Below are positions 1 to 9,624 of a stretch of DNA of 64,000 nucleotides, piece after piece. The DNA is taken from positions 405-64,404 of the forward strand of contig DATJNU010000042.1 of the NCBI GenBank assembly GCA_035507775.1, read 5' to 3'. Under the pieces are notes generated by a model. That model saw nothing but the letters and a program-made list of their open reading frames with translations, was not told the DNA's origin and made no database searches. How positions within the stretch are numbered: position 1 is the stretch's first letter; each line of letters begins with the position of its first letter. This DNA is from Jatrophihabitans sp. Lineage in GTDB: Bacteria; Actinomycetota; Actinomycetes; Mycobacteriales; Jatrophihabitantaceae. Position numbers and translations under genes: made by a program.

Positions 1-1036
1 GGAAGTCCACCAGGAAGTAGTGCTTGCGCTGGGAGTAGACCAGCGACCGCTCGATGACCTCGGCATACCGGCTGACGTCGTTGTTGCCGCCGGACAGCAG
101 GCAGAGCGTGGTGCTGCCCGGTGCGGTGAAGATGGTGTCGCGCAGCGCCGCGGCGGCCAGCGCCCCGGCGGGCTCGGCGATGATGCCGTCCACCTGATAG
201 AAGTCCAGCATCTCGCAGCACACCCGGCCCTCGCTGGCCGCGACCAGCTCGGCGCCGGCGTCCCGCACGATCGGAAAGGTGACGGCGCCAGCCCGCCGCA
301 CCGCCGCGCCGTCGACGAAGCCGTCCAGCGCCTCCAGGTCGACCGGCCGGCCGGCCTTCAGCGCCGCGGCCATGCTGGCGGCGCCGGCGGGCTCGACGCC
401 CACCACCCGCACCCCGGGATGCCGTTCGGCCAGCCAAGCCAGGGTGCCGGCCAGCAGGCCGCCGCCGCCGACCGGCACCACCACCAGGTCCGGTGCCAGG
501 CCCAGCTGCTCGAACGCCTCGCGGATCACGGTCCCCTGGCCGGCGATGGTGGCCGGGTGGTCGAAGGCCGGCACCAGGGTCGCGCCGGTCCGCTCGGCGT
601 GCTCGCACGCGGCCGCCGCGGAATCGTCGTAGGTGTCGCCGCCGACCGAGATGTGCACCTGCGCCCCGCCCAGCGCGGCGATCCGGTCGAGCTTCTGCCG
701 CGGCGTGGTGCGTGGCAGGTAGATGGTGCCGGGCACTCCGAGCAGGGCGCAGGCATAGGCAACGCCCTGGGCGTGGTTGCCCGCGCTGGCGCACACCAGG
801 CCGGCGGCCCGGCCGGCCGGGGAGAGCTGCGCGATCAGGTTGTACGCGCCGCGCACCTTGTACGAGCGGACCGGTTGCAGGTCCTCGCGCTTGAGCCACA
901 CCTCCCCGCCCATCCGGTCGGACAGGCGCCGGGAGCGCTGGATCGGGGTGGGGTCCAGGACGCTGGACAGCCGGGCGGCGGCGTCGTCGACGTCGGCCGC
1001 CGAGACGGTGGGTGGGTGGGCGTCGGTGGCAGGCAT
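1..1036 (-). CDS. ilvA: threonine ammonia-lyase (biosynthetic threonine dehydratase); 3' end lies beyond the window edge
   Basis: My reverse-strand translation from ATG (comp. 1034-1036) gives MPATDAHPP...WLKREDLQPVRSYKVRGAYN...CASAGNHAQGVAYAC...VPVGGGGLLAG...SRYAEVIERSLVYSQRKHYFLVDF. This includes the PLP-Lys motif and the Gly loop. It is absent from the ORF track because it is open at position 1. The + ORF 20..1177 is its shadow. Confidence 0.9.
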   Translation of the reverse strand, partial: MPATDAHPPTVSAADVDDAAARLSSVLDPTPIQRSRRLSDRMGGEVWLKREDLQPVRSYKVRGAYNLIAQLSPAGRAAGLVCASAGNHAQGVAYACALLGVPGTIYLPRTTPRQKLDRIAALGGAQVHISVGGDTYDDSAAAACEHAERTGATLVPAFDHPATIAGQGTVIREAFEQLGLAPDLVVVPVGGGGLLAGTLAWLAERHPGVRVVGVEPAGAASMAAALKAGRPVDLEALDGFVDGAAVRRAGAVTFPIVRDAGAELVAASEGRVCCEMLDFYQVDGIIAEPAGALAAAALRDTIFTAPGSTTLCLLSGGNNDVSRYAEVIERSLVYSQRKHYFLVDF

Positions 1037-1145
1037 GGCCAGAGCTTTCGTCGGCGTGGTGGTGGGCCTGGGGTCGCGCGGCGCCCGCTGCCGGTCGCCG
1101 CGCTAGCTAATGCGCTGCCATGCCATGTCGAGGTCCTTCCGGCGC

Positions 1146-1744
1146 TCAGGCCGTTACGGCCAGCGTATTCGGCTTGAACGCGGGCAGGGTGCGCTCGTAC
1201 TCGGCGATCTCGTCGGCATGGCGCAGGGTCAGCGTGATGTCGTCGGCCCCCTCCAGCAGCCGCTGGCGGATGCCCTCGTCGAGCTCGAAGCCGACGGCGA
1301 TGCCCCCGGCCCGCACCTCACGCCGCTCCAGGTCCACCGTGATCTCGGTGGCCGGGTCGGCGTCGATCAGCTTCCACAGTTGCTCGATCACGGCCTCGTC
1401 CAGCACGACGGTGAGCAGCCCGTTCTTCAGCGAGTTGCCGCGGAAGATGTCGCCGAACCGGGACGAGAGCACCACCTTGAACCCGTAGTCGCGCAGCGCC
1501 CAGACGGCGTGCTCGCGCGAGGAGCCGGTGCCGAACTCGGTGCCGGCCACCAGCACGGACGCCCCGGCGAACCGCGGATCGTTCAGTACGAAGTCCGGCT
1601 GGGCGCGCCAGCGGTGGAACAGCGCGTCCTCGAAGCCGGTCCGGGTGATCCGCTTGAGGAACTCGGCCGGGATGATCTGATCGGTGTCGACGTTGGACCG
1701 GCGCAGCGGCAGGGCCGTCCCGGTGTGCGTGGTGAAGGGGTCCA

Positions 1745-1745
<1 letters not shown>
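1146..1745 (-). CDS. leuD: 3-isopropylmalate dehydratase small subunit
   Basis: This is the C-terminal 199 aa of track ORF 1146..2504: [43 protein letters not shown]...[18 protein letters not shown]. The ATG (comp. 1743-1745) overlaps the leuC stop (TGATG). Confidence 0.95.
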
Positions 1746-3157
<1,412 letters not shown>

Positions 3158-3591
3158 CGTCCTCATCCCTCGGGTGTCATGTCGCGTCCTGCCGCCCCGC
3201 ATCGTCTCCGGGCCCGGCGGGCCGGAACCCGGTCGCGTCCCGGCGATCCCAGCTCCGCGCCAGCGTCTCATTTTATGAGACATACTGTCTACAGAGCGAT
3301 ACGGCAGCTTCCCTGGAGGTTACCGCACGGGCCGTCCAGGTGCACCGGTTCGGCAGCCACCCGCTCCATCGTCCCGAGTGGGAACGACTGCCGACAGGGC
3401 GGATCGGGCGCTCGGCGCGCGCGGGCGCCATCCGGGCGAGCGGCGCGCATGCGACATGTCTCAACAAGTGGGACGTGATGTGCGAAGTATGGACTTCGGC
3501 ATTCGCGGTCATTACCGTCGATTTCGTTCGGAGGCCGCGCGCATGGCGGCGTCCCCCCGGCCGGTCGAAGATCAGCGGGAGCACCGTGTCT

Positions 3592-4662
3592 ATGGATACC
3601 AAAAGTATGTCTACAGACCTGATAGAAAAAATAGCGCAGGACGACCCCTCCTGCCACGTGATCGCCGAACTGTCATCGTGGTTCACGCGGCCCGCCGACG
3701 AGGTCGACGAGAAACTGGGTCCGGAGCGCGACCGGATCGCCGCCGCCCTGAACGAGATCAACGCCCGCCAGCGCGGCGGCGACCGACAGGCGTTCTACCT
3801 GCAGCAGCTGCTGCTCTCCCGGATCTACCAGCTGCACATGCTGCTGCCCGACCAGCCGAACGCGGAGGGCTCGGCGGTGCTGCACGAGGTCACCCGCAGC
3901 CTCGAGCGGGCCACCCTCGGCGCCGAGAGCGAGCGGACGGACGTCACGGTCCCGGCCTCCGCCGCGCAGTCGCCGGAGGCGTACCTGACGTGGCTCAAGC
4001 AGACCGCGCGCAGTCACCGCGCCTTCAAGCACCCGTACTACACCGACTTCGTCCGCAACCGGGCGACCGCCGCCGACCTGCGCGACTACGCGATCCAGGA
4101 GTCGGTGGTCGACGGCCGCTTCGACGACCTGCTCGCGATGATGCAGGTCGGCACCCGGGGCGCGGCCAAGCTCGAGATCGCCGGCAACTATTGGGACGAG
4201 ATGGGCAACGGCCGGCCGGAGGAGGTGCACACCTTCCTGTTCAACAAGATCCTCCAGACCTTCGAGGTGTCCGAGAGCGAGCTCGAGGGTGACCTCAGCG
4301 CGGAGGCGCTGCTGTCCGGCAACCTCGCGGTGCTGCTGTGCCGCTATCGCAGCCTCTACCCCGAGGCGGTGGGCTTCCTGGGCATGACCGAGTGGTTCGT
4401 GCCCGATCGGTTCGTCGACGTGGTCAAGGCCTGGGAGCGGCTCGGCCTGCCCGAGGTCGGCATCGTCTATCACCGGCTGCACATCACGATCGACGCGACG
4501 CACGCCTCCGGCTGGTTCCACCGGGTGGTGCTGCCGGCGGCCGGTTCGGAGTTCATGCGGCGGGGGATGACCCGGGGCGCGCTGATGCGGCTGAACACCT
4601 CGGCCCGCTACCTCGACGAGCGGCTCGCCGCGGCCGAGGGCCGGCCGGCGCGGGGTGGCTGA
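3592..4662 (+). CDS. heme-oxygenase-like diiron oxidase/oxygenase (HDO; iron-containing redox enzyme family)
   Basis: 356 aa from ATG 3592; track ORF 3121..4662 is over-extended at the N-terminus. The ligand pattern is NYWDEMGNGRPEEVH (E-x9-H), GMTEWF, then RLHITIDATH (H-x3-D-x2-H), whose first His lies 30 residues after the TEW Glu. The first codons are AT-rich with rare ATA/AAA codons. Confidence 0.8.
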   Translation: MDTKSMSTDLIEKIAQDDPSCHVIAELSSWFTRPADEVDEKLGPERDRIAAALNEINARQRGGDRQAFYLQQLLLSRIYQLHMLLPDQPNAEGSAVLHEVTRSLERATLGAESERTDVTVPASAAQSPEAYLTWLKQTARSHRAFKHPYYTDFVRNRATAADLRDYAIQESVVDGRFDDLLAMMQVGTRGAAKLEIAGNYWDEMGNGRPEEVHTFLFNKILQTFEVSESELEGDLSAEALLSGNLAVLLCRYRSLYPEAVGFLGMTEWFVPDRFVDVVKAWERLGLPEVGIVYHRLHITIDATHASGWFHRVVLPAAGSEFMRRGMTRGALMRLNTSARYLDERLAAAEGRPARGG

Positions 4663-4930
4663 CGTGGCCGGCGGGACGGAGCCCGAACTCGTCGAGGCCG
4701 AGCTGCTCGGCCTGGTGCGCGAGGTGAAGAACTGCGAGCCGGCGCCGCTGCTGGCCGGCAACCGGGACCTGGTCGGCAGCCTCGGCCTGGACTCCCTCGA
4801 CGTGATCGAGCTCTGCGTCCGGCTCGATCGGCGCTTCGGCGTCCAGATGGGTGCCCGGGCCGGCGACCTCGACGCCCTCAACGACCTGGACAGCTTGATC
4901 GAGCTGGTCACGGCCAGGCGCATCCGGTGA
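4655..4930 (+). CDS. free-standing acyl/peptidyl carrier protein
   Basis: GTG 4655 overlaps the HDO stop (TGA 4660-4662). The 91-aa product carries the phosphopantetheine-attachment motif LGLDSLDVIEL. Confidence 0.85.
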   Translation: MADVAGGTEPELVEAELLGLVREVKNCEPAPLLAGNRDLVGSLGLDSLDVIELCVRLDRRFGVQMGARAGDLDALNDLDSLIELVTARRIR

Positions 4931-6471
4931 GTGCGGAGCTGCCCGCCCTGCTCCGTGAGATCGCCGCGACCGCCCGCCGGCACCCCGACCGGGAGGCACT
5001 GGTCGCCGACGGCGGCAGCGTCGGCTACGCGGAGCTGGACCGCCGGGTCGACGAGCTGGCCGGCCGGCTGCTGGGCGCCGAGTGCCGGCCGGGTCAGCTG
5101 GTCGGCGTGGTCGGGCACAAGAGCATCGAGGCGGTCGTCGCGATCCTGGCGGTGCTGCGGGCCGGTGCCGGCTACCTCCCGATCGACCCGCGGCTGCCGG
5201 CGGCCCGGGTGGCCGGCATCCTCGCCGATGCCGGCTGCCGGCTGGTGCTCGCCGGGACGGCGCAGGACGAGCAGCTGCTCAGCCGCCGGCCGGCCGGCTG
5301 CCAGGTCCGGCGCCCGGAGCAGCTGCCCGGCCCGCCGGCCCGGTCGCTGCCCGACCGGATCGAACCGGAGCGGATCGCCTACTGCATGTTCACCTCCGGC
5401 AGCACCGGCCGGCCGAAGGGCGTACAGGTCTCGCACCGGGCGATGGCGGCGTTCTTCGCGGCCGTGCACCCGCTGCTGGAGGTGTCGGCCGGCGACCGGT
5501 GCATGAACACCTCGGCGCTGAACTTCGACGTCTCGGTGGTCGATCTCTGGTACCCCCTGAGCCGGGGCGCGACGGTGCTGCTCACCCCGCTGGTGCCGCT
5601 GCCGCCGCTGCTGGTCGACCTGCTCGAACGCGAGGACATCTCCTGCTTCGCGGCCGTGGGCTCGACGCTCGACCTGCTCTGCCGCTACACCGACGGACTG
5701 GCGGGCCGGCGGTTCCCGTCGCTGCGCCGGGTGATGACCGGCGCCGAGGTGCTCAACCCGGCCACGGTGAACGCGTTCCTCTCGGCCGCGCCGGGGGCCC
5801 GGGTGATCAACGGTTTCGGCCCGACCGAGGCCACCTGCCTGGTCACCGCGCACGTCATCGACGTGCCCGAGCCGGAGCGCACCCTGCCGTACCCGATCGG
5901 CCGCCCGCTGGCGGGCGTCACGGTCCGGTTCCTGGCAGCCGACGGTAGCCTGTCCGAGGACGGCCCGGGCGAGATCCTGGTGGCCGGCGCCCAGCTGATG
6001 TCCGGCTACCTGAACGCGCCGGCGGCCACCGCGGCCCAGCTGCGGCCGCACGACGGAATCCCCTTCTACCACACAGGTGATCTCGGATACCGCGGTGCGC
6101 ACGGCCTGATCGAGTTCGCCGGCCGCGGCGACCAGCAGGTCAAGGTGCGCGGCTACCGGGTGAGCCTGGACGAGATCGGCCAGGCATTGGAAGGGCAACC
6201 GGGGGTCCGGCGGGCTTTCGCCGCCAAGGTCGTCGACCATCGCGGGCAGGAAGCGCTCGCGGCGGCGGTCTGTGCCGACGCCGACCCGGCCCCGGACGAG
6301 CGGCAGTGGTTCGCCACGCTCGCCGACCGGCTGGCGGCGGTGCTGCCGCCCTACATGGTGCCCACCCGGTTCCTGCTGCTGGACGAGCTGCCGACCCTGG
6401 CCAGCGGCAAGCCGGATACGGCCGGCATCCGGCGGCGGCTGGCGGAGCAGCCGGTTTCGGTGCGGTCGTGA
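4927..6471 (+). CDS. stand-alone adenylation (AMP-binding) enzyme, NRPS A-domain type
   Basis: GTG 4927 overlaps the carrier-protein stop (GTGA). Core motifs present: MFTSGSTGRPKGV (A3), NFDVSVVD (A4), NGFGPTE (A5), YHTGDLGY (A7), GRGDQQVKVRGYRVSLDEI (A8), LASGKPD (A10). No C, T or TE domain is fused. Confidence 0.9.
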   Translation: MSAELPALLREIAATARRHPDREALVADGGSVGYAELDRRVDELAGRLLGAECRPGQLVGVVGHKSIEAVVAILAVLRAGAGYLPIDPRLPAARVAGILADAGCRLVLAGTAQDEQLLSRRPAGCQVRRPEQLPGPPARSLPDRIEPERIAYCMFTSGSTGRPKGVQVSHRAMAAFFAAVHPLLEVSAGDRCMNTSALNFDVSVVDLWYPLSRGATVLLTPLVPLPPLLVDLLEREDISCFAAVGSTLDLLCRYTDGLAGRRFPSLRRVMTGAEVLNPATVNAFLSAAPGARVINGFGPTEATCLVTAHVIDVPEPERTLPYPIGRPLAGVTVRFLAADGSLSEDGPGEILVAGAQLMSGYLNAPAATAAQLRPHDGIPFYHTGDLGYRGAHGLIEFAGRGDQQVKVRGYRVSLDEIGQALEGQPGVRRAFAAKVVDHRGQEALAAAVCADADPAPDERQWFATLADRLAAVLPPYMVPTRFLLLDELPTLASGKPDTAGIRRRLAEQPVSVRS

Positions 6472-7190
6472 CCGGTACGGTCGCCGGGCGCATCCCGCTC
6501 TTCCTGCTACCACCGGCCGCCGGTTCGGCGGTGAGCTTCGACGGCTGGCCCGACTCGCCGGAGCTGGCCGCGCAGCCGCTCGAACTGCCGGGGCGGCGCT
6601 TCGGCGACCCGGCACCCCTGGAACTCGACCTGGCGGCCGCGGTCGACTGGCTGGACCTGCACCGCCCGGCCGGCGGTGCGGACTGGGCGCTGCTCGGCCA
6701 CAGCATGGGCGGCCTGCTGGCCGCGGCGTGGGCCGAACGCGCGACGGCGGCCGGCCACCCGCCCCGGCTGCTGGTGCTCAGCTCGGTCACGCCGCCGTGG
6801 CCGCGCTCGCAGGCGGTCGAGCTGCTGGCGGCGGGGCCGGACGAGCTCTGGGACCGGATGATCCGGCTCGGCGGCATCCCCGACGAGCTGTCCGGCTCGC
6901 GGACGTTCCGCCGGCTGATCGAGCCCCGGCTGCTGGCCGACGTCCGGCTGGCCGCGTCCTGGCAGCCGGCCGGCCCGCCCCGGCTGGACTGCCCGATCCT
7001 GAGCTGCTCCGGAGCCGACGACGCCTTCGTGCCGCCGGCGGCGATGCTCGGTTGGGCCGCGTGCACCGGGCCGGGCCGGTTCCGGCACCGGGTGTTGCCC
7101 GGCGGTCACTTCTACCGGTCCGGGCTGGTGGACCTGCACCCCCTGCTGACCGATCCCGAACCGGCCGCGGGCCGGCCGGGACCGCGGTGA
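6468..7190 (+). CDS. type II thioesterase (alpha/beta hydrolase)
   Basis: In-frame GTG 6468 overlaps the A-enzyme stop (GTGA). The 240-aa product has GHSMGG, then GADD and GGHFY (a Ser/Asp/His triad pattern). Track ORFs starting at 6272 and 6306 are over-extended or in the wrong frame. Confidence 0.85.
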   Translation: MTGTVAGRIPLFLLPPAAGSAVSFDGWPDSPELAAQPLELPGRRFGDPAPLELDLAAAVDWLDLHRPAGGADWALLGHSMGGLLAAAWAERATAAGHPPRLLVLSSVTPPWPRSQAVELLAAGPDELWDRMIRLGGIPDELSGSRTFRRLIEPRLLADVRLAASWQPAGPPRLDCPILSCSGADDAFVPPAAMLGWAACTGPGRFRHRVLPGGHFYRSGLVDLHPLLTDPEPAAGRPGPR

Positions 7191-7209
7191 CACGAGAGAG
7201 GCTGATGCG

Positions 7210-7854
7210 ATGACGACCCTGGAAACCCCCGCCACCCCGCGCAGCACCGCCGCGCCGACCGTGCTGCTGGCGCCCGGGGTGCTGGACGAGGTGATCGCCG
7301 ACGCCGTGGCCCAGTACCGCACGGCCTGGCAGGTGCGCACCAGCGGCGAGCGGTACCTGCCGCGCTGCTGGGCACTGCTGGTGGGCGACTACGAGGCGAA
7401 CCTGCTGCGAGTGCGTGCCATCCGGTGGGCAGGCAACGTCCGGGAGAGCGACGCGACGGTGCTGGAGGAGTTCTCCGAGGTCATCGTCCCGTGCTTCGGT
7501 TCCGGCTACACCAACGGCCGTCGGGGGTACTGGTGCGACCCGGCCGAGCTGCTGGCGATCACCCGCGAGGTGGAGGACGCCGGCTACGACGTGCTCGGCT
7601 CGGTGCACATGCACGCCGACATGCACCGGTTCTGGCCGGAACACGCCGGCGGCCTGGAGCTGAGCGAGCACCCGACGCCGATGGACGAGTACCTGTTCCG
7701 CAACGGCGGCTGGCCGCTGAACCTAATCCTGCACCTGGAGGCGGTCGGCGACGACATCACGATGCGCTTGGGTGCCTGGTCGCCGCCGGCGTTCGAGGAC
7801 GCCGGCGGGCGGGCGGCCGGCTGCCGGGTGCTTCCCGTCGTCGGGGAGCGCTGA
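7210..7854 (+). CDS. hypothetical protein, tentatively MPN/JAB (JAMM)-like metalloenzyme fold
   Basis: ATG 7210 is preceded by GAGAGAGG. The pattern VLLAPGVLDEVIADAV...CWALLVGDYE...FGSGY...DPAELLAITREVEDAGYDVLGSVHMHADMH...SEHPTPMDEY resembles a JAB domain (H-x-H ... S/T-x2-D). However, about 20 residues separate H-x-H from T-x2-D, versus 7 in the canonical motif. Confidence 0.4.
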   Translation: MTTLETPATPRSTAAPTVLLAPGVLDEVIADAVAQYRTAWQVRTSGERYLPRCWALLVGDYEANLLRVRAIRWAGNVRESDATVLEEFSEVIVPCFGSGYTNGRRGYWCDPAELLAITREVEDAGYDVLGSVHMHADMHRFWPEHAGGLELSEHPTPMDEYLFRNGGWPLNLILHLEAVGDDITMRLGAWSPPAFEDAGGRAAGCRVLPVVGER

Positions 7855-7855
7855 G

Positions 7856-8152
7856 GTGATCACCCGCACCGTGCTGCTCAAGGCACACGATCGCCCGCTG
7901 GTCGAGAAGACCCTGCTCGCGATGGCAGAACTGCCCGCCCGGGTGGACTGCCTCGACTCCGTCACGGTGTCCCGCGACCGCAGCGGCCGGTCGCTCGGCT
8001 ACGACCTGATGATGGTGCTGACCTTTCGTACCGAGGACGACCTGCGGGCCTGGATCGAGCACCCGGAGCACGTGCCGTTCCGGGACGCGCTGCTCGATCG
8101 CGAGGCGGTGGAGCTGCTGGTCTTCGAGTCCGGCCGGGACGGGCTGGCGTAG
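7856..8152 (+). CDS. Dabb (stress-responsive A/B-barrel) family protein
   Basis: GTG 7856 begins 1 nt after the preceding stop, with GGGGAG upstream. The 98-aa product reads VITRTVLLKAHD...MMVLTFRTEDDLRAWIEHPEHVPF. Confidence 0.75.
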   Translation: MITRTVLLKAHDRPLVEKTLLAMAELPARVDCLDSVTVSRDRSGRSLGYDLMMVLTFRTEDDLRAWIEHPEHVPFRDALLDREAVELLVFESGRDGLA

Positions 8153-8394
8153 CGTCCCGGACCTCTGCCGGAATCTCGCTCCGTGGGAATGCGGGCGGGC
8201 TTTTCCGGACTTGCGGGGAGCGCCACGGCGTGCCGGCAACCATCCCGTCGGGTCGGTATTTGCTGGGCTTCGGCATGCTGCACCGCCGAATCTGGTGCGA
8301 ATAGGCCGAGAATCCTTGCTCCGGCACGAAACGCCTGCCTATACTCCGGCGACCACAATTTGATACTAAAATCTCACACAATGGGATTGATCGA

Positions 8395-9624
8395 GTGAGC
8401 GAATTCGCCAACGAGGGCGCGGAACCTCCCCTTACCGGGGTGCGGGTGCTGGAGCTCGGCAACTACATCGCGGCACCGACCACCGGGCGGCTGCTCGGCG
8501 ACTTCGGCGCCGAGGTCGTCAAGATCGAGCGACCGGGGGCCGGGGACGAGCTGCGCCGCTGGCGGCTGGCCGAGGGTGACACCTCGATGCTCTGGCGGAC
8601 GCTGGCCCGCAACAAGCTGTCGGTCACCCTGGACCTGAAGAGCGACGAGGGCCGAGAGATCGCGCTGTCGCTGGTCGAGCAGTGCGACGTGGTGATCGAG
8701 AACATGCGGCCGGGCGCGCTGGAAGGGCTGGGGTTGGGGGTCGAGCAGCTGGCCGAGCGCCGGCCCGACCTGGTGCTGGTGCGGATCAGCGGATACGGCC
8801 AGGACGGGCCGTACCGCAAGCGCGCCGGCTTCGGCGGGGTTGCCGAGGCGCTGGGCGGCCTGCGGCACCTGACCGGCTACCCGGACCGGCCGCCGACCCG
8901 CCTCGGGGTGAGCCTCGGCGACACCGTGGCCGGCATGTACGGCGCGCTGGGCGCGGTGATGGCGCTGCTCGGCCGCCGGCCGGACCGGCCCAGGGTCGAG
9001 GTGGTCGACGTGGCCCTGTACGAGGCGGTGTTCTCCCTGACCGAATCGATGGTTCCGGAGTTCGATGCCTACGGCCTGGTCCGCGAGCGGACCGGGACGA
9101 CGCTGCCCGGGGTGGTGCCGAGCAACACCTACCGCTGTGCGGACGGCAGCTGGGTGGTCATCGGCGGCAACGCCGACGCGGTGTTCCGGCGGCTGATGCA
9201 CGTGATCGAGCGCCCGGACCTCGCCGACGATCCCGAACTGGCCGACAACCGGGGCCGATCCCGGTACCCGGAGCTGCTCGACACGGCGATCGGCAGCTGG
9301 ACCGAGCAGCACCCGCTCGCCGTGGTGCTCGACACCCTGGAGGCGAACGGCGTGCCCAGCGGCGCGATCTACGACGCCGCCGACATCGGCAAGGATCCGC
9401 ACTTCGAGGCACGCGAGATGCTGCTGCCGGTCGAGGTCGAGGTCGCGCCGGGCCGGCACCGCGAGGTGCGCTTCCCCGGCATCGTGCCGAAGCTCAGCCG
9501 GCGGCCCGGCTCGCTGCGCTGGCTGGGCCCGGAACTCGGCGCGCACACCCGCTCGGTGCTCGGCGACCTGCTCGGTCTCGGCGAGGCCGAGCTGGCCGAG
9601 CTGGCTGCCAAGGGGGTGATCTGA
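8395..9624 (+). CDS. family III (CaiB/BaiF) CoA-transferase
   Basis: 409 aa with RVLELGNYIAAPTTGRLLGDFGAEVVKIERPG near the N-terminus and a typical family III pattern throughout. Confidence 0.9.
   Translation: MSEFANEGAEPPLTGVRVLELGNYIAAPTTGRLLGDFGAEVVKIERPGAGDELRRWRLAEGDTSMLWRTLARNKLSVTLDLKSDEGREIALSLVEQCDVVIENMRPGALEGLGLGVEQLAERRPDLVLVRISGYGQDGPYRKRAGFGGVAEALGGLRHLTGYPDRPPTRLGVSLGDTVAGMYGALGAVMALLGRRPDRPRVEVVDVALYEAVFSLTESMVPEFDAYGLVRERTGTTLPGVVPSNTYRCADGSWVVIGGNADAVFRRLMHVIERPDLADDPELADNRGRSRYPELLDTAIGSWTEQHPLAVVLDTLEANGVPSGAIYDAADIGKDPHFEAREMLLPVEVEVAPGRHREVRFPGIVPKLSRRPGSLRWLGPELGAHTRSVLGDLLGLGEAELAELAAKGVI

Noticed and set aside
20-1177. 385-aa plus-strand ORF at the window start
   Set aside because: The reverse strand encodes an unmistakable threonine dehydratase (ilvA), which is open at the window edge and therefore missing from the track.
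3673-6615. 980-aa minus-strand ORF spanning the HDO, PCP and A-enzyme genes
   Set aside because: It is an Arg/Pro/Gly/Ala-rich shadow ORF antisense to genes with clear catalytic motifs on the + strand. Such ORFs are typical of >70% G+C DNA, where stop codons are rare in all frames.
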